A DNA stretch of 64,000 bases from Firmicutes bacterium HGW-Firmicutes-9 (GCA_002841395.1 PGZM01000005.1:142556-206555), one strand, 5' to 3'. Counted from the stretch's first letter, positions 37,735-46,649 are shown. Numbers and translations are program-made. The notes: a model not told the origin generated them from the letters alone.

Positions 37735-39183
37735 TTACAAACTCTCGCCCAAATCCTTGCGGAACTTGGCGACGAGCTGCTCCTGCCAGTCTCCGATGGG
37801 CTCGAGGCGGCCGAAGAAGAAGCGAAGGGTCGCGGGTTCTTCCACGAAGTTCAACCCGCCGATGAGATGGCGGTTTTCATACAGCCAGCTGATGCGGTCG
37901 ACCGCGTAGAGCACCTGACTCATGGTAAACACGCGCCGCGGGAGCGCAAGACGCAGCAGCTCCATGCTCGCGATGGGCTCCGTGCCGTCCGGCTCGCGCT
38001 GCTCGGAGAGCGTGCCGCGTTCCATGCCGCGCACACCGCTGGCGATATACAAAGCTGATGCCAGCGCAGCCGCAGGGTACGCGTGATCGTCCACATGCGA
38101 GAGGAACTTTCTTGCGTTGATGTGGCAGCCGAGACCGCCCGCAGGGGTGACGACGGGTACGCCGCGCTTTTGCAGCTCCGCCACCATGAACTCGATAAAC
38201 TGCGGACCCTGCGAGATCACGCTTTCGTCCATTGTCTCCTCAAGGCCGACGGTCATCGCCTCCATCTCGCGTACGCTCATGCCGCCGTAGGTTAAGAATC
38301 CCTCAAACAGCGGGATGAAATCTTTCATCTTCTCATAGTAAGCGCGGTCGTTCATCGCCATGCCGCCGCCGCGCGCGAAACCGAGCTTGCGTGCGGAGAA
38401 GTAGATGATGTCTGCGTTCGCGCAGACCGCGCGCGTGATCTCGCGGATGGACATATTCTTGCAAGCGGCCTCTCGTACCTTGATGAAGTGGAGGTTGTCC
38501 TGCAGAAGGCTTGCGTCCAGCACTACCATAATGCCGTTGTCGTGCGCGAGCTTCGCGGTCGCGGTCATGTTCTCCAGCGAGAAAGGCTGGCCGCCGATGA
38601 GGTTTGTGCCCGCCTCAAGACGCACGAACGGAATATTCTCTTTGCCGTTTCGCGTGATGCATTCGCGGAGCTTGTCGAGATCGATGTTACCCTTGAACGG
38701 AAGATCGCTCTCCGGCTCAAGTCCCGCGTCCGAAACCAGCTCTTCCACGCGTCCGCCGACGCGCGTGATGTGCGCCTTTGCCGTGGTGAAATGGAAGTTC
38801 ATCGGCACCACGTCGCCGGGTTTGACAAACGAGCTCGCGAGGATGCTTTCGCAGGCGCGGCCTTGATGCGCCGGGAGGAAGTAGCTTGTGCCAAACAGCT
38901 CGCACACCTTCTTCTCAAGGCGGTAATACGTTGCGCTGCCGGCGTAGCTGTCGTCCGCAACCATCATGGAGGCGACCGCCTGGTCGCTCATCGCGTTGAC
39001 GCCGCTATCGGTGAGCATGTCCAGATAGACATCCTCGTTTCGAAGTAGAAACGTGTTGTTGCCCGCTTCCGCCATCGCCTTTTGACGCGCCTCTACGGGA
39101 AGCAGGTTGAGTTTCTGTACCACACGCACTTTGTGCATTTCGAGCGGGAGCTTTTCTCCCGAATACAGTTTGACTTCGCTCAT
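37735..39183 (-). CDS. Beta-eliminating PLP lyase, tryptophanase / tyrosine phenol-lyase family (divergent)
   Basis: NTFLLRNEDVYLDMLTDSGVNAMSD, HQGR and LRLALPRRV align with TnaA/TPL as I remember them. The ATG at 39183 has a GGAGGA upstream. Confidence 0.85.
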   Translation of the reverse strand: MSEVKLYSGEKLPLEMHKVRVVQKLNLLPVEARQKAMAEAGNNTFLLRNEDVYLDMLTDSGVNAMSDQAVASMMVADDSYAGSATYYRLEKKVCELFGTSYFLPAHQGRACESILASSFVKPGDVVPMNFHFTTAKAHITRVGGRVEELVSDAGLEPESDLPFKGNIDLDKLRECITRNGKENIPFVRLEAGTNLIGGQPFSLENMTATAKLAHDNGIMVVLDASLLQDNLHFIKVREAACKNMSIREITRAVCANADIIYFSARKLGFARGGGMAMNDRAYYEKMKDFIPLFEGFLTYGGMSVREMEAMTVGLEETMDESVISQGPQFIEFMVAELQKRGVPVVTPAGGLGCHINARKFLSHVDDHAYPAAALASALYIASGVRGMERGTLSEQREPDGTEPIASMELLRLALPRRVFTMSQVLYAVDRISWLYENRHLIGGLNFVEEPATLRFFFGRLEPIGDWQEQLVAKFRKDLGESL

Positions 39184-39253
39184 GTTGTTGTCTTCCTCCA
39201 TCTGTTTTGAATCGTGTTGAAAATCGTCGCCGGAATCGGCAAAGACAAGCAAT

Positions 39254-39560
39254 AAAAAAACGCCCTCTGCTCAAGCAAGAGGGCGAATAGTTCGCGGTAC
39301 CACCTCGGTTCGCCGTTCCCTTGCGGGAAGCGGCCTTATTGGGTACAGACGGCGTTGCAAAATTGGAGCCTGTCGATACCCTGCCTTTGATAACGGGAGG
39401 AATCCCGGCGCGTCCCTACTGAAGCGATCGACAGTTCTCGATTTACTCGTTCAGGCGGCGGCTGTTTGCGCGTATTCGCGGGTGCTCCCGGCTGCCTTGC
39501 ACCATCCGGCAGTTCTCTTGCGGGCGCTTGGCGGTACAGTGCCGCCGGGACCGTTACTTC
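39254..39560 (-). promoter_or_regulatory. T-box riboswitch leader, candidate Tyr (UAC) specifier
   Basis: On the minus strand: AG-bulge-like AAGAGAA plus hairpin CUGCC-GGAUGGUGCAA-GGCAG. GAA-UAC-G follows on the 3' side of Stem I (UAC is plus 39472-39474). The T-box motif GGUGGUACCGCG is plus 39293-39304. The terminator CGCCCUCU-N9-AGAGGGCG-U7 is plus 39254-39285. Confidence 0.75.
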
Positions 39561-39646
39561 TTCGCAGTCATGGCCTTTGATGTTGTGTTTTCAAGTGGAG
39601 AGGCCCGATTTCGCCAACAAAAGAAGCGCGAAACCGATTACTAAGG

Positions 39647-39676
39647 AGTATAAAATAATATAAGATATATTGTCAA
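39647..39676 (-). promoter_or_regulatory. Sigma-70 promoter TTGACA-18-TATACT for the T-box leader
   Basis: On the minus strand, TTGACA is at 39671-39676 and TATACT at 39647-39652. Confidence 0.55.
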
Positions 39677-39861
39677 GGTCAAATACGTGTGTTGCACGAA
39701 ATATTACTAGAAAATGAATTATACCAAACGCGCGCGAGTTACCGAAAAGTTCACGAAATGTTCTTTGCAGAGTTCATAAGCGGGTTGTATAATAGTTGCG
39801 ATATATTGGTTGAAATATGCGATTCAGAATACTCTCGCTTCAGAACGGAGGAAGTGGATAG

Positions 39862-42024
39862 ATGGTATGCAAAGAATGCGGCTCGTATAATGCCGAGAAC
39901 CTGAGCGTCTGCAAAGAATGCGGTGCGAAGCTTCGCGACGACGATACGAGCTCCAACAGCGTGGAGCAGGCAACCGCCAACGAAGAAGGAAGACCCGCGC
40001 GTGATTTTGTGAAACCGCCGGCCTGGCCTAAGAGCGCTTTTGCAGGTGCTCCCGAGAAACCCGCCGGTTCGGCTTCCGCAAGCGCGCCCGTGCCTTCCGG
40101 TTCGTTTCGCCCCACCATTCCGCCGCGTGCCGCGGCAACGCCGACCTGCCCGCATTGCGGCAAGCCGGTGCTCTCGGATGCGCCGTTTTGCGCCTATTGC
40201 GGCCAGCGCGTCGCCGGGGAAGCCCCCGCGGCCGTGCCCGTGCCCGTCCCCACGCGTCCCGCAGCAAAACCCGCTGCCGTACAGCCGTCCAGACCGAGTT
40301 ATGCAGCGACGGACTTTGACGACGAAGACGATGACGATTACGAAGCGGACGACGAGGAAGATTACAGGCCCGCAAAGGCAAGTAAGCGTCCCGGTAAACT
40401 CGCGCGTCATCAGGAAGACGACTTCGACGAGTACGACGAGGATGACGAGGAGTACGACGACGAATATGATGACGAAATGCCCGCCAAACGCGGCAAGGGT
40501 ACGACCATTCTCTTCTGGGGTTTGATCGCGCTTCTGCTTGCGCTCATCGTGGTGTTTGGTCTCTATATCGCGAGAAAGAACTTCGACGGCGACGTCGGCA
40601 AGATGTTCTCTTCGATCGGTACGATCTTCAACAAAGGCAATTCGGACGACCTCAACGCCGCCGATCCTTCGTCGACCACCGATCCGAACAGCCAGATGTA
40701 CACCGCGACCATCACCGAGTCGACCGACGCCGCGACAAACGAAGTCTGGTACGACATCGATATCGTTGCCCCGACCGGCAGCGCAATCCGCGTGGTAACG
40801 GACGCGACGCTCACGCAGGACACCGTCAAGGTTCCGGCGAACGATCGCATCGTGCTCCATATCCCGCGTGATGTGTTCATGCCCAACGCGCCGGTGGACA
40901 GCGAGACCGTGACATTGCAGCCGAACATCCAGGCGATTTCGCCGGATGGACAGACCATGCAGGTTGCAGTCCCGGCGATCACGGTTACCGTTCCGGTTCT
41001 TTCGATGACCGTTACGGAGCCCATGGGCGGCACCGTCAACGCAACGTTTGACAACAGCCCGATCGCGATCATCGGTCAGGTGAATAACTATGACGGCGAG
41101 ATTGCGGTCTACGTCAACGACGAACAGGTCTATGTGGACAGCACCGGTATGTTTACCGCGAGCTATACGCCCAAGCAGGTCGCAGCCGTGCAGACGCTGC
41201 CGACAGCTCTGCCGGAAGCCACCACGGATCCTTCCGTAACGCCGGATCCTGCCGCGAGCACCTCGCCGGATGCGACAACCGAAGACGTGACAGCGACCGA
41301 AGAGCCGCTCGTAGACGAAACCGCCGCGACGGATACACTTCCCACGGGCAGCACAGAGACCATCACCATCGAAGCGCGCAAGAACAACTGCGTGACCGCG
41401 AGAACGGTGATCACCGTCGAGCCGTATGTCATGCAGACCATGTCGTTCACGATTGATAACGATCTGAAGAGCCTCTCTTCCGACTCGGGCAGCGTGACCA
41501 TCACCGGTACCTGCACGCCAGGCGCCGTGATCACCGGCAAGAGCGCTTCGCCCGATGTAACCTTCGGCGAGGCGACCGTATCCGATACGGGTACGTTCTC
41601 CATGCTTGTGACCATCGCGAAGGTTGGCGGATTTGATATCAGCCTCGAAGGCAAGCTCCAGGGCTACTACGACGGAACCGCGAACGCGATTGTCGAGCGT
41701 CCGCCGACGGTATCCTCCAGCTCGTTTAAGAAGGCTGCAGCCGACATTGCCAAGAACATGGACAAGATCAAGTCCGGCGCAACCACGAGCGGAGACTTTG
41801 TTGTCACCGGCAGAATCACCGAGATCATCTCCACCGATCCGTACACGATCTTCCGGGTGCAGATTTCCGAAGGTGTTGAAGTGATCGTTTACAACCGCAG
41901 CGCGAAGTCCACGATTAACTCCTCCGACCTGAAGGAGAAGAAGCAGGTCGCGGGTACGCTCAAGGGACTTTATACAGATGGTGTCACTCCGGTTCTCTGG
42001 GGTTGGTTCATCTGGAACAAGTAA
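39862..42024 (+). CDS. Double zinc-ribbon, acidic-tract, single-pass membrane protein with a ~480-aa extracytoplasmic domain
   Basis: CKECGSYN..CKECG and CPHCGKPV..CAYCG ribbons, a D/E/Y-rich tract, TM helix ILFWGLIALLLALIVVFGLYI, and a GGAGGAAG RBS. Confidence 0.7.
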   Translation: MVCKECGSYNAENLSVCKECGAKLRDDDTSSNSVEQATANEEGRPARDFVKPPAWPKSAFAGAPEKPAGSASASAPVPSGSFRPTIPPRAAATPTCPHCGKPVLSDAPFCAYCGQRVAGEAPAAVPVPVPTRPAAKPAAVQPSRPSYAATDFDDEDDDDYEADDEEDYRPAKASKRPGKLARHQEDDFDEYDEDDEEYDDEYDDEMPAKRGKGTTILFWGLIALLLALIVVFGLYIARKNFDGDVGKMFSSIGTIFNKGNSDDLNAADPSSTTDPNSQMYTATITESTDAATNEVWYDIDIVAPTGSAIRVVTDATLTQDTVKVPANDRIVLHIPRDVFMPNAPVDSETVTLQPNIQAISPDGQTMQVAVPAITVTVPVLSMTVTEPMGGTVNATFDNSPIAIIGQVNNYDGEIAVYVNDEQVYVDSTGMFTASYTPKQVAAVQTLPTALPEATTDPSVTPDPAASTSPDATTEDVTATEEPLVDETAATDTLPTGSTETITIEARKNNCVTARTVITVEPYVMQTMSFTIDNDLKSLSSDSGSVTITGTCTPGAVITGKSASPDVTFGEATVSDTGTFSMLVTIAKVGGFDISLEGKLQGYYDGTANAIVERPPTVSSSSFKKAAADIAKNMDKIKSGATTSGDFVVTGRITEIISTDPYTIFRVQISEGVEVIVYNRSAKSTINSSDLKEKKQVAGTLKGLYTDGVTPVLWGWFIWNK

Positions 42025-42031
42025 CGATAGC

Positions 42032-42334
42032 GTGAGAATCTGGGCAAAAGTACTCAAACAACATAAAATCAAACTGGAGGCCGTGCGGGAGTTCCCCGCG
42101 CGGCCTTCGGATGCAGAGGACTGGTCGCGGCTGATTGCGGAGATCGTAAAGCCGCTCGATCTGGCCAGCCCCGTGCTGCTCAACAAGCACGTACAAGAGC
42201 TGGAGCGGTTTAACCGCACATGGTTTACACAAGCGGATTTCATCGAGAGCATTTCGTTTGACCGCTTTGAACTCGAAATATTCCCCGAGAAGAAAAAGGA
42301 CAGGAAAGTGGACTATATCTTCGGGGACGACTGA
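42032..42334 (+). CDS. Small conserved hypothetical protein
   Basis: The ORF runs on to the flavin-reductase gene with a 2-nt gap. I chose the GTG at 42032 to avoid overlap with the upstream stop, so the start is uncertain. Confidence 0.5.
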   Translation: MRIWAKVLKQHKIKLEAVREFPARPSDAEDWSRLIAEIVKPLDLASPVLLNKHVQELERFNRTWFTQADFIESISFDRFELEIFPEKKKDRKVDYIFGDD

Positions 42335-42336
42335 TC

Positions 42337-42873
42337 ATGATGCAGGAGGACAATCGCATGGATAACAAGGAATTTTCCGCACTGCTTCCGCAGGCGAACG
42401 AACAGCTCTCGCGCGGTGTGTTTCTGACCGCAGGCGGGGAAATCTGGAACCCGATGACCATCGGCTGGGCGCAGTTCGGCGTGGTCTGGGCGCGACCCGT
42501 CGTCACCGTGATGGTGCGAAAAAGCCGCTATACCTATTCATTGATGGAAAAGACAGATGTGTTCACCGTCAGCTTCCCGCGTGCAAAAGAGATGGGCAAA
42601 GAGCTCGCGTTTTGCGGCGTACGCTCCGGCAGGGACGTCAACAAAGAGAAAGAAGCGAATCTGACCCGTCTTGCGCCCCGCGCAGGCGGCGCGGAAGCGG
42701 TCGCAGGCTGTGGCATCGTCATGGAGTGTCGCATTGTGCAAAAGCAGTTGCTCGATCTCAACACGTTCGATCCGGAGTTTCGCGAGAAGTATTATGGCAG
42801 CAATCAGGCATTGCCGGACGGCGACCCGCATGTGCTATATGTCGGAGAGGTGCTTGCAGCCTACGAGCTGTAA
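42337..42873 (+). CDS. Flavin reductase-like (FMN-binding split-barrel) protein
   Basis: The pattern NPMTIGWAQFGVVWARPVVTVMVRKSRYT is typical of flavin reductase-like domains. Confidence 0.75.
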   Translation: MMQEDNRMDNKEFSALLPQANEQLSRGVFLTAGGEIWNPMTIGWAQFGVVWARPVVTVMVRKSRYTYSLMEKTDVFTVSFPRAKEMGKELAFCGVRSGRDVNKEKEANLTRLAPRAGGAEAVAGCGIVMECRIVQKQLLDLNTFDPEFREKYYGSNQALPDGDPHVLYVGEVLAAYEL

Positions 42874-42902
42874 TCGCACGTAAGAGCCATATAGCTTAAA
42901 AC

Positions 42903-42947
42903 AAACATCGCTTCGCTGGAAGACCGGCGAAGCGATGTTTTTTGTTT
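42903..42947. terminator. Bidirectional terminator
   Basis: AAACATCGCTTCGC...GCGAAGCGATGTTT followed by T6. Confidence 0.65.
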
Positions 42948-42981
42948 GCGTGTTTTTCTGCGGAATGAATAGTGTGTTCTC

Positions 42982-43449
42982 TTACGCGGTTTTGTTGACA
43001 AAATCGATCTCGTTGCGGATGCCCTTGTGCGCGTCGTTCCACAGACCCTTGGTCATGCGAATGCGCACGAGACAGGTGTTCGTGTCCTCATCGTTGTTGG
43101 CGTCGTTGTACCATCCGGCAAAGATGGGGCGAATCTTGTCCATGAGCGCTTTGTTCCTTTCGTCACACACCCAACCGAGGTTTTCGGCGATGCCATTGGC
43201 GGTGAAGTTTTCTACGATGTAGCAGATGGCAACTTCGGGATTCGCTTCGATCTGCTTCACCTTGTCCGTGGTGGCATAGGTGACGGTGTAAAAGCAGCCG
43301 TCCTCATAATAGACGTTAACCAAACGCGCAGCAGGCACGGGCTTGCCCTGCTCGTTGGACGAGAGCGAAATGGTGGACAGCGAAATCAGCGCATCCTGAT
43401 TGCCAAATTTTTCCTGCAGCTGGCGCATGGCTTCTTCATAGGTGTTCAT
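42982..43449 (-). CDS. Pyridoxamine 5'-phosphate oxidase-family (general-stress-26-like) protein
   Basis: Split-barrel-like pattern. The ATG at 43449 has a GGAGGAA RBS. Confidence 0.7.
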   Translation of the reverse strand: MNTYEEAMRQLQEKFGNQDALISLSTISLSSNEQGKPVPAARLVNVYYEDGCFYTVTYATTDKVKQIEANPEVAICYIVENFTANGIAENLGWVCDERNKALMDKIRPIFAGWYNDANNDEDTNTCLVRIRMTKGLWNDAHKGIRNEIDFVNKTA

Positions 43450-43574
43450 ACGGTTCCTCCGAATAATTGATTGTAAACAACACGGTGTATTGTAACACAC
43501 GTGATGATTGCGATGGAATCGCCTTTCGGTAAAATAATTGCTGACGGTTTTCGTTTGATCCTAAAAAAGAGCTT

Positions 43575-45161
43575 CTAATCGATCGGATGCTCTAGTGCTG
43601 ATTTTTTGGAAGCCAGAATGCCGATCATAACGATCAGCAGCGGCGTGGTCATGGGCTGGGCGATGTTGACCGCGGCTTGCACGGCATAGGCCGCGACAGC
43701 GAGCGTCAGCCCGCGATAGACCGGGTTGGTGCTGCTGCGGTGAACGCCTTCCCGAATCGCGAAAAAGAGAACAGCAAGATAGCTAACGAGCCCCAGCGCG
43801 CCATTGGTGACGAGATATTGCAGATACTCGTTGTGCGCGGTGTCCAGCCCCGCATCGGAGAAGATCGGCTTCACCGCGTCCGCGTGGAACAGTGCGCCGG
43901 AGGACGCGCCGAAGATCTTCTGCGCAAACGGCAGCTTCTCGTATACGCTGATGACAAACGTCCAAATCTTGCCGCGGTCGGTACCCCAACTCTCAGAGAA
44001 ACGCAGATATCGCTCCAGTCCGCCCAGCGGCAGTTCGCGCAACGCCGTATTGATCAACACGAGCGCGAGGATGCCGAGCAGCAGCGCGGCGATCAGCGCA
44101 GCCGTATACGGCCGCTTGGCGCGCGCGAGTCGCTCCGGCGAAGCGCGCCGGAGCACGAGCCATAGCGCGATAGAGACAGCGAGCAGCGGCAGTGCAAAGA
44201 CAGGACGGCACACCGCGGCGAAGAATGTGGAAAGATACGTTTCGGTGGGCAAGCTGGAGAACAGTCCGAACACGAACGCGCAGAGGGAAAATATCGCCCA
44301 CGTTAGCGGCAAGCGCCGCATCGCAACGGAATCGGAAAACAGCAGCAGCGGAACGATTGCCGCCGCGGCAATCAACCCCAGCGCCGCACTGTCGCTGCCC
44401 GCGACCAGCGTGCCAAACGACACCATGACGAGCGCGATGGCTGCAAAGACTTGCTCACCGCGCTGCCTGGCGCGCAGGAAGAAGCCGAGCGTGACGGAAA
44501 ACGCCAGCACCATATAAGCACCGTAAAAATCCGCGTTGCCGATGGTGGAGAGAAATCGTCCGCGGTCGCCTGCGTTCAGATTCTCTTTGAATCCAATCGG
44601 GTCTAGGCCGAAGTGATGCAGCACACCAAAGAGGCTGACGGTGCAGGCGGCAATCATAAACGCCCGCTCCGGCCACGTGAGATCGATTTTACGCCGCGAG
44701 AGCGCGAAGATGAGACAGGCATAGCAGAACAGCGTCAGCAGGCCCTGATAGCGATTATTCTCGCCGAAGAACGTCTCGCCTCGATAGTGGCTGATCAACC
44801 CGCCAACCAGGCTCACGACGAACAGCAGGAGCATCGCGATCACGGCGGGATGTATCTTCACTTTTTCTCGCGCAACGCCATAGTCCGGCGGCAGCGCAAT
44901 CCGCGCAAACAGCAGCGCGAGTAGATAGACCCCGCTTGCGGCTAAAAAGAATATATGCTTGGTCTCGGTGATGTTGAAGTAGAGATTGCTGAATACGAGC
45001 GGATGCAGCAGAAACACCGTGCAAAGATACGCGGTGGTCAGAACCGCTGCGAAACGCAGATATTTTTGTTGAAGGGAAAGAGGCGCGCAGTCGGCCTCGC
45101 CGGAAAGCGCGACGGGATTATCTGGCGCGTTTTGCTCCGGAATGATGTTCTGATCCTGCAT
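43575..45161 (-). CDS. O-antigen ligase/polymerase-like (Wzy_C) polytopic membrane protein
   Basis: At least 10 TM segments and the loop GTDRGKIW...LDTAHNEYLQYLVTNG. The start is uncertain: ATG at 45161, or the TTG at 45242 used by the track. Confidence 0.75.
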   Translation of the reverse strand: MQDQNIIPEQNAPDNPVALSGEADCAPLSLQQKYLRFAAVLTTAYLCTVFLLHPLVFSNLYFNITETKHIFFLAASGVYLLALLFARIALPPDYGVAREKVKIHPAVIAMLLLFVVSLVGGLISHYRGETFFGENNRYQGLLTLFCYACLIFALSRRKIDLTWPERAFMIAACTVSLFGVLHHFGLDPIGFKENLNAGDRGRFLSTIGNADFYGAYMVLAFSVTLGFFLRARQRGEQVFAAIALVMVSFGTLVAGSDSAALGLIAAAAIVPLLLFSDSVAMRRLPLTWAIFSLCAFVFGLFSSLPTETYLSTFFAAVCRPVFALPLLAVSIALWLVLRRASPERLARAKRPYTAALIAALLLGILALVLINTALRELPLGGLERYLRFSESWGTDRGKIWTFVISVYEKLPFAQKIFGASSGALFHADAVKPIFSDAGLDTAHNEYLQYLVTNGALGLVSYLAVLFFAIREGVHRSSTNPVYRGLTLAVAAYAVQAAVNIAQPMTTPLLIVMIGILASKKSALEHPID

Positions 45162-45235
45162 CCAGTTCGTTCCTTTATTCGACACAAGCAAGTGTGTCTC
45201 TTTTGTGAATCTTCCCGAAAATGGACGGTTTTGGT

Positions 45236-45264
45236 TTGACAAACGGGTGCGATTCGATTATTAT
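45236..45264 (+). promoter_or_regulatory. Sigma-70 promoter TTGACA-17-TATTAT upstream of the small lipoprotein
   Basis: TTGACA at 45236-45241 and TATTAT at 45259-45264. Confidence 0.5.
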
Positions 45265-45331
45265 GCATGTGTACTAACACATATAGTACACTTAGTGCGT
45301 AAGAAATACAATACATTCGGAGGTTATTAAC

Positions 45332-45484
45332 ATGAAAAAAAGTCTGATTCTCTTGGCCATGGTTGTGATGAGCGTATTCTTCTTTGCGGCATGCGGCCCG
45401 AAGGTCGCGTCCAGCGGCAACGTCGCATCCTTTGGCAACGTCGCTTCCAGCGGCAACGTCGCGTCCGCAGGTAACGCGGGCTAA
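45332..45484 (+). CDS. 50-aa lipoprotein with four VAS(S/F/A)GN hexapeptide repeats (below the ORF-track cutoff)
   Basis: GGAGG lies 8 nt upstream. The product is MKKSLILLAMVVMSVFFFAAC|GPK(VASSGN)(VASFGN)(VASSGN)(VASAGN)AG. The 18-bp DNA period spans 45404-45475, and a terminator follows at 45553. Confidence 0.6.
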   Translation: MKKSLILLAMVVMSVFFFAACGPKVASSGNVASFGNVASSGNVASAGNAG

Positions 45485-45552
45485 GCAACCCTGGGTTTCA
45501 TGGACGAACAGAATCTGTGCTCGGGAGGCGCAGGTTCAGGTGAAAAAAAGAG

Positions 45553-45586
45553 CGGGTGCGGCATTCTGTCGCACCCGTTGTTTTTT
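45553..45586. terminator. Bidirectional terminator
   Basis: CGGGTGCG-N9-CGCACCCG flanked by A7 and T-rich runs. Confidence 0.6.
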
Positions 45587-46511
45587 AGTCCAGCAGCTTT
45601 TTGCTGGGATACGCACCCGCGTCGGTCAAGTCGCTCAGCGCCTTCATGACCTCCGGCTTGTCCTCGCGATACGTGACCCCATACCAGCGATCCGGCGAAC
45701 TAAGCACGCGCACGGTTGCTTTACCGGCTTGCAGCATGCGTCCGACTTCCTGCGGAATCAGGAACTCGCCTTTCAGCGGATTTTTCTCCATCGCTTCGGC
45801 GAGAAACTCCGGGAAGCGCGCTTCCAGCGCGGGGAACAGCGACGGCGTAAAGCCAAAGAAGTTCATCGAGACGAGGTTGTCCGCAGGGAAATGCACCATC
45901 GTTGCGCCGTCGTCCTCGGTATACGCAGGGCCTTCGGGCGTTTTGTAGATTTTCAGCCGCTCGACGATATTGACGAGCTCGCCGTTTGCGTCCACCTCGC
46001 AGACGCCGCGCGCGACGGAGCCGTGCTCGGTCAGCGTGTTTGAGGCGTGGTAACCGACCATCGAAAAATCAGACTTCGCGCCGTCTTTGGCAGTCTTGAG
46101 ATAGTCATACAGCACCTTGAACGCGCGCTTGCCGTAGTAGTCGTCCGCATTGATTGCGGCGAATGGCTCGTTGACCACGTCCTTGCAGCAAAGGATTGCG
46201 TGCGCGGTGCCCCAGGGCTTCACGCGATCGGCAGGAACGGAAAAGCCAGCGGGCAGCATGGCGTCCGGCTGCTGGAAGACATAGCGCACTTCCATGTGCT
46301 TCTCTGCTCTGCGGCCGATGACATCGTAGAAATCCTGCTCGATTTTGCGGTTGATGATGAAGACAACTTTCTCAAAGCCCGCTTCCAGCGCGTCATAGAG
46401 CGAATAATCCATGATGATTTCGCCGTGGCGTCCGATGGGATCGATCTGCTTGAGTCCGCCGTAGCGGCTGCCCATGCCTGCCGCCATGACGACGAGAGCC
46501 GGTTTCTGCAT
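45585..46511 (-). CDS. Sugar-phosphate nucleotidyltransferase (NTP_transferase fold)
   Basis: The VVMAAGMGSRYGGLKQ signature at the N-terminus. Confidence 0.8.
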   Translation of the reverse strand: MQKPALVVMAAGMGSRYGGLKQIDPIGRHGEIIMDYSLYDALEAGFEKVVFIINRKIEQDFYDVIGRRAEKHMEVRYVFQQPDAMLPAGFSVPADRVKPWGTAHAILCCKDVVNEPFAAINADDYYGKRAFKVLYDYLKTAKDGAKSDFSMVGYHASNTLTEHGSVARGVCEVDANGELVNIVERLKIYKTPEGPAYTEDDGATMVHFPADNLVSMNFFGFTPSLFPALEARFPEFLAEAMEKNPLKGEFLIPQEVGRMLQAGKATVRVLSSPDRWYGVTYREDKPEVMKALSDLTDAGAYPSKKLLD

Positions 46512-46649
46512 AAGAAAATCTCCTTTGATTCAATAAAAACTAATTTGAAACTTTTACACTTCTATTGTAACCGATCAAGAACGTTTTTAAAACCAACCGG
46601 ATAAAGTCGCGTAAAAAAGACAAACAGAACGCGAAAATCAGCCAGTAGA

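Noticed and set aside
39466-39904. Small plus-strand ORFs 39466-39663 and 39689-39904
   Set aside because: The first lies entirely antisense within the T-box leader. The second covers the divergent promoter region and runs into the zinc-ribbon gene, and it has no RBS.
39751-42252. 833-aa minus-strand ORF, the second longest in the track
   Set aside because: It is antisense to the well-supported zinc-ribbon gene, which has an RBS and coherent domains. Its translation is Arg/Gly/His-rich low-complexity sequence with no RBS, as expected for antisense frames in 60% G+C DNA.
45384-46043. 219-aa plus-strand ORF
   Set aside because: Its 5' part is an alternative frame of the repeat region of the small lipoprotein gene, and the rest is antisense to the nucleotidyltransferase gene. 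A strong terminator at 45553 lies inside it.
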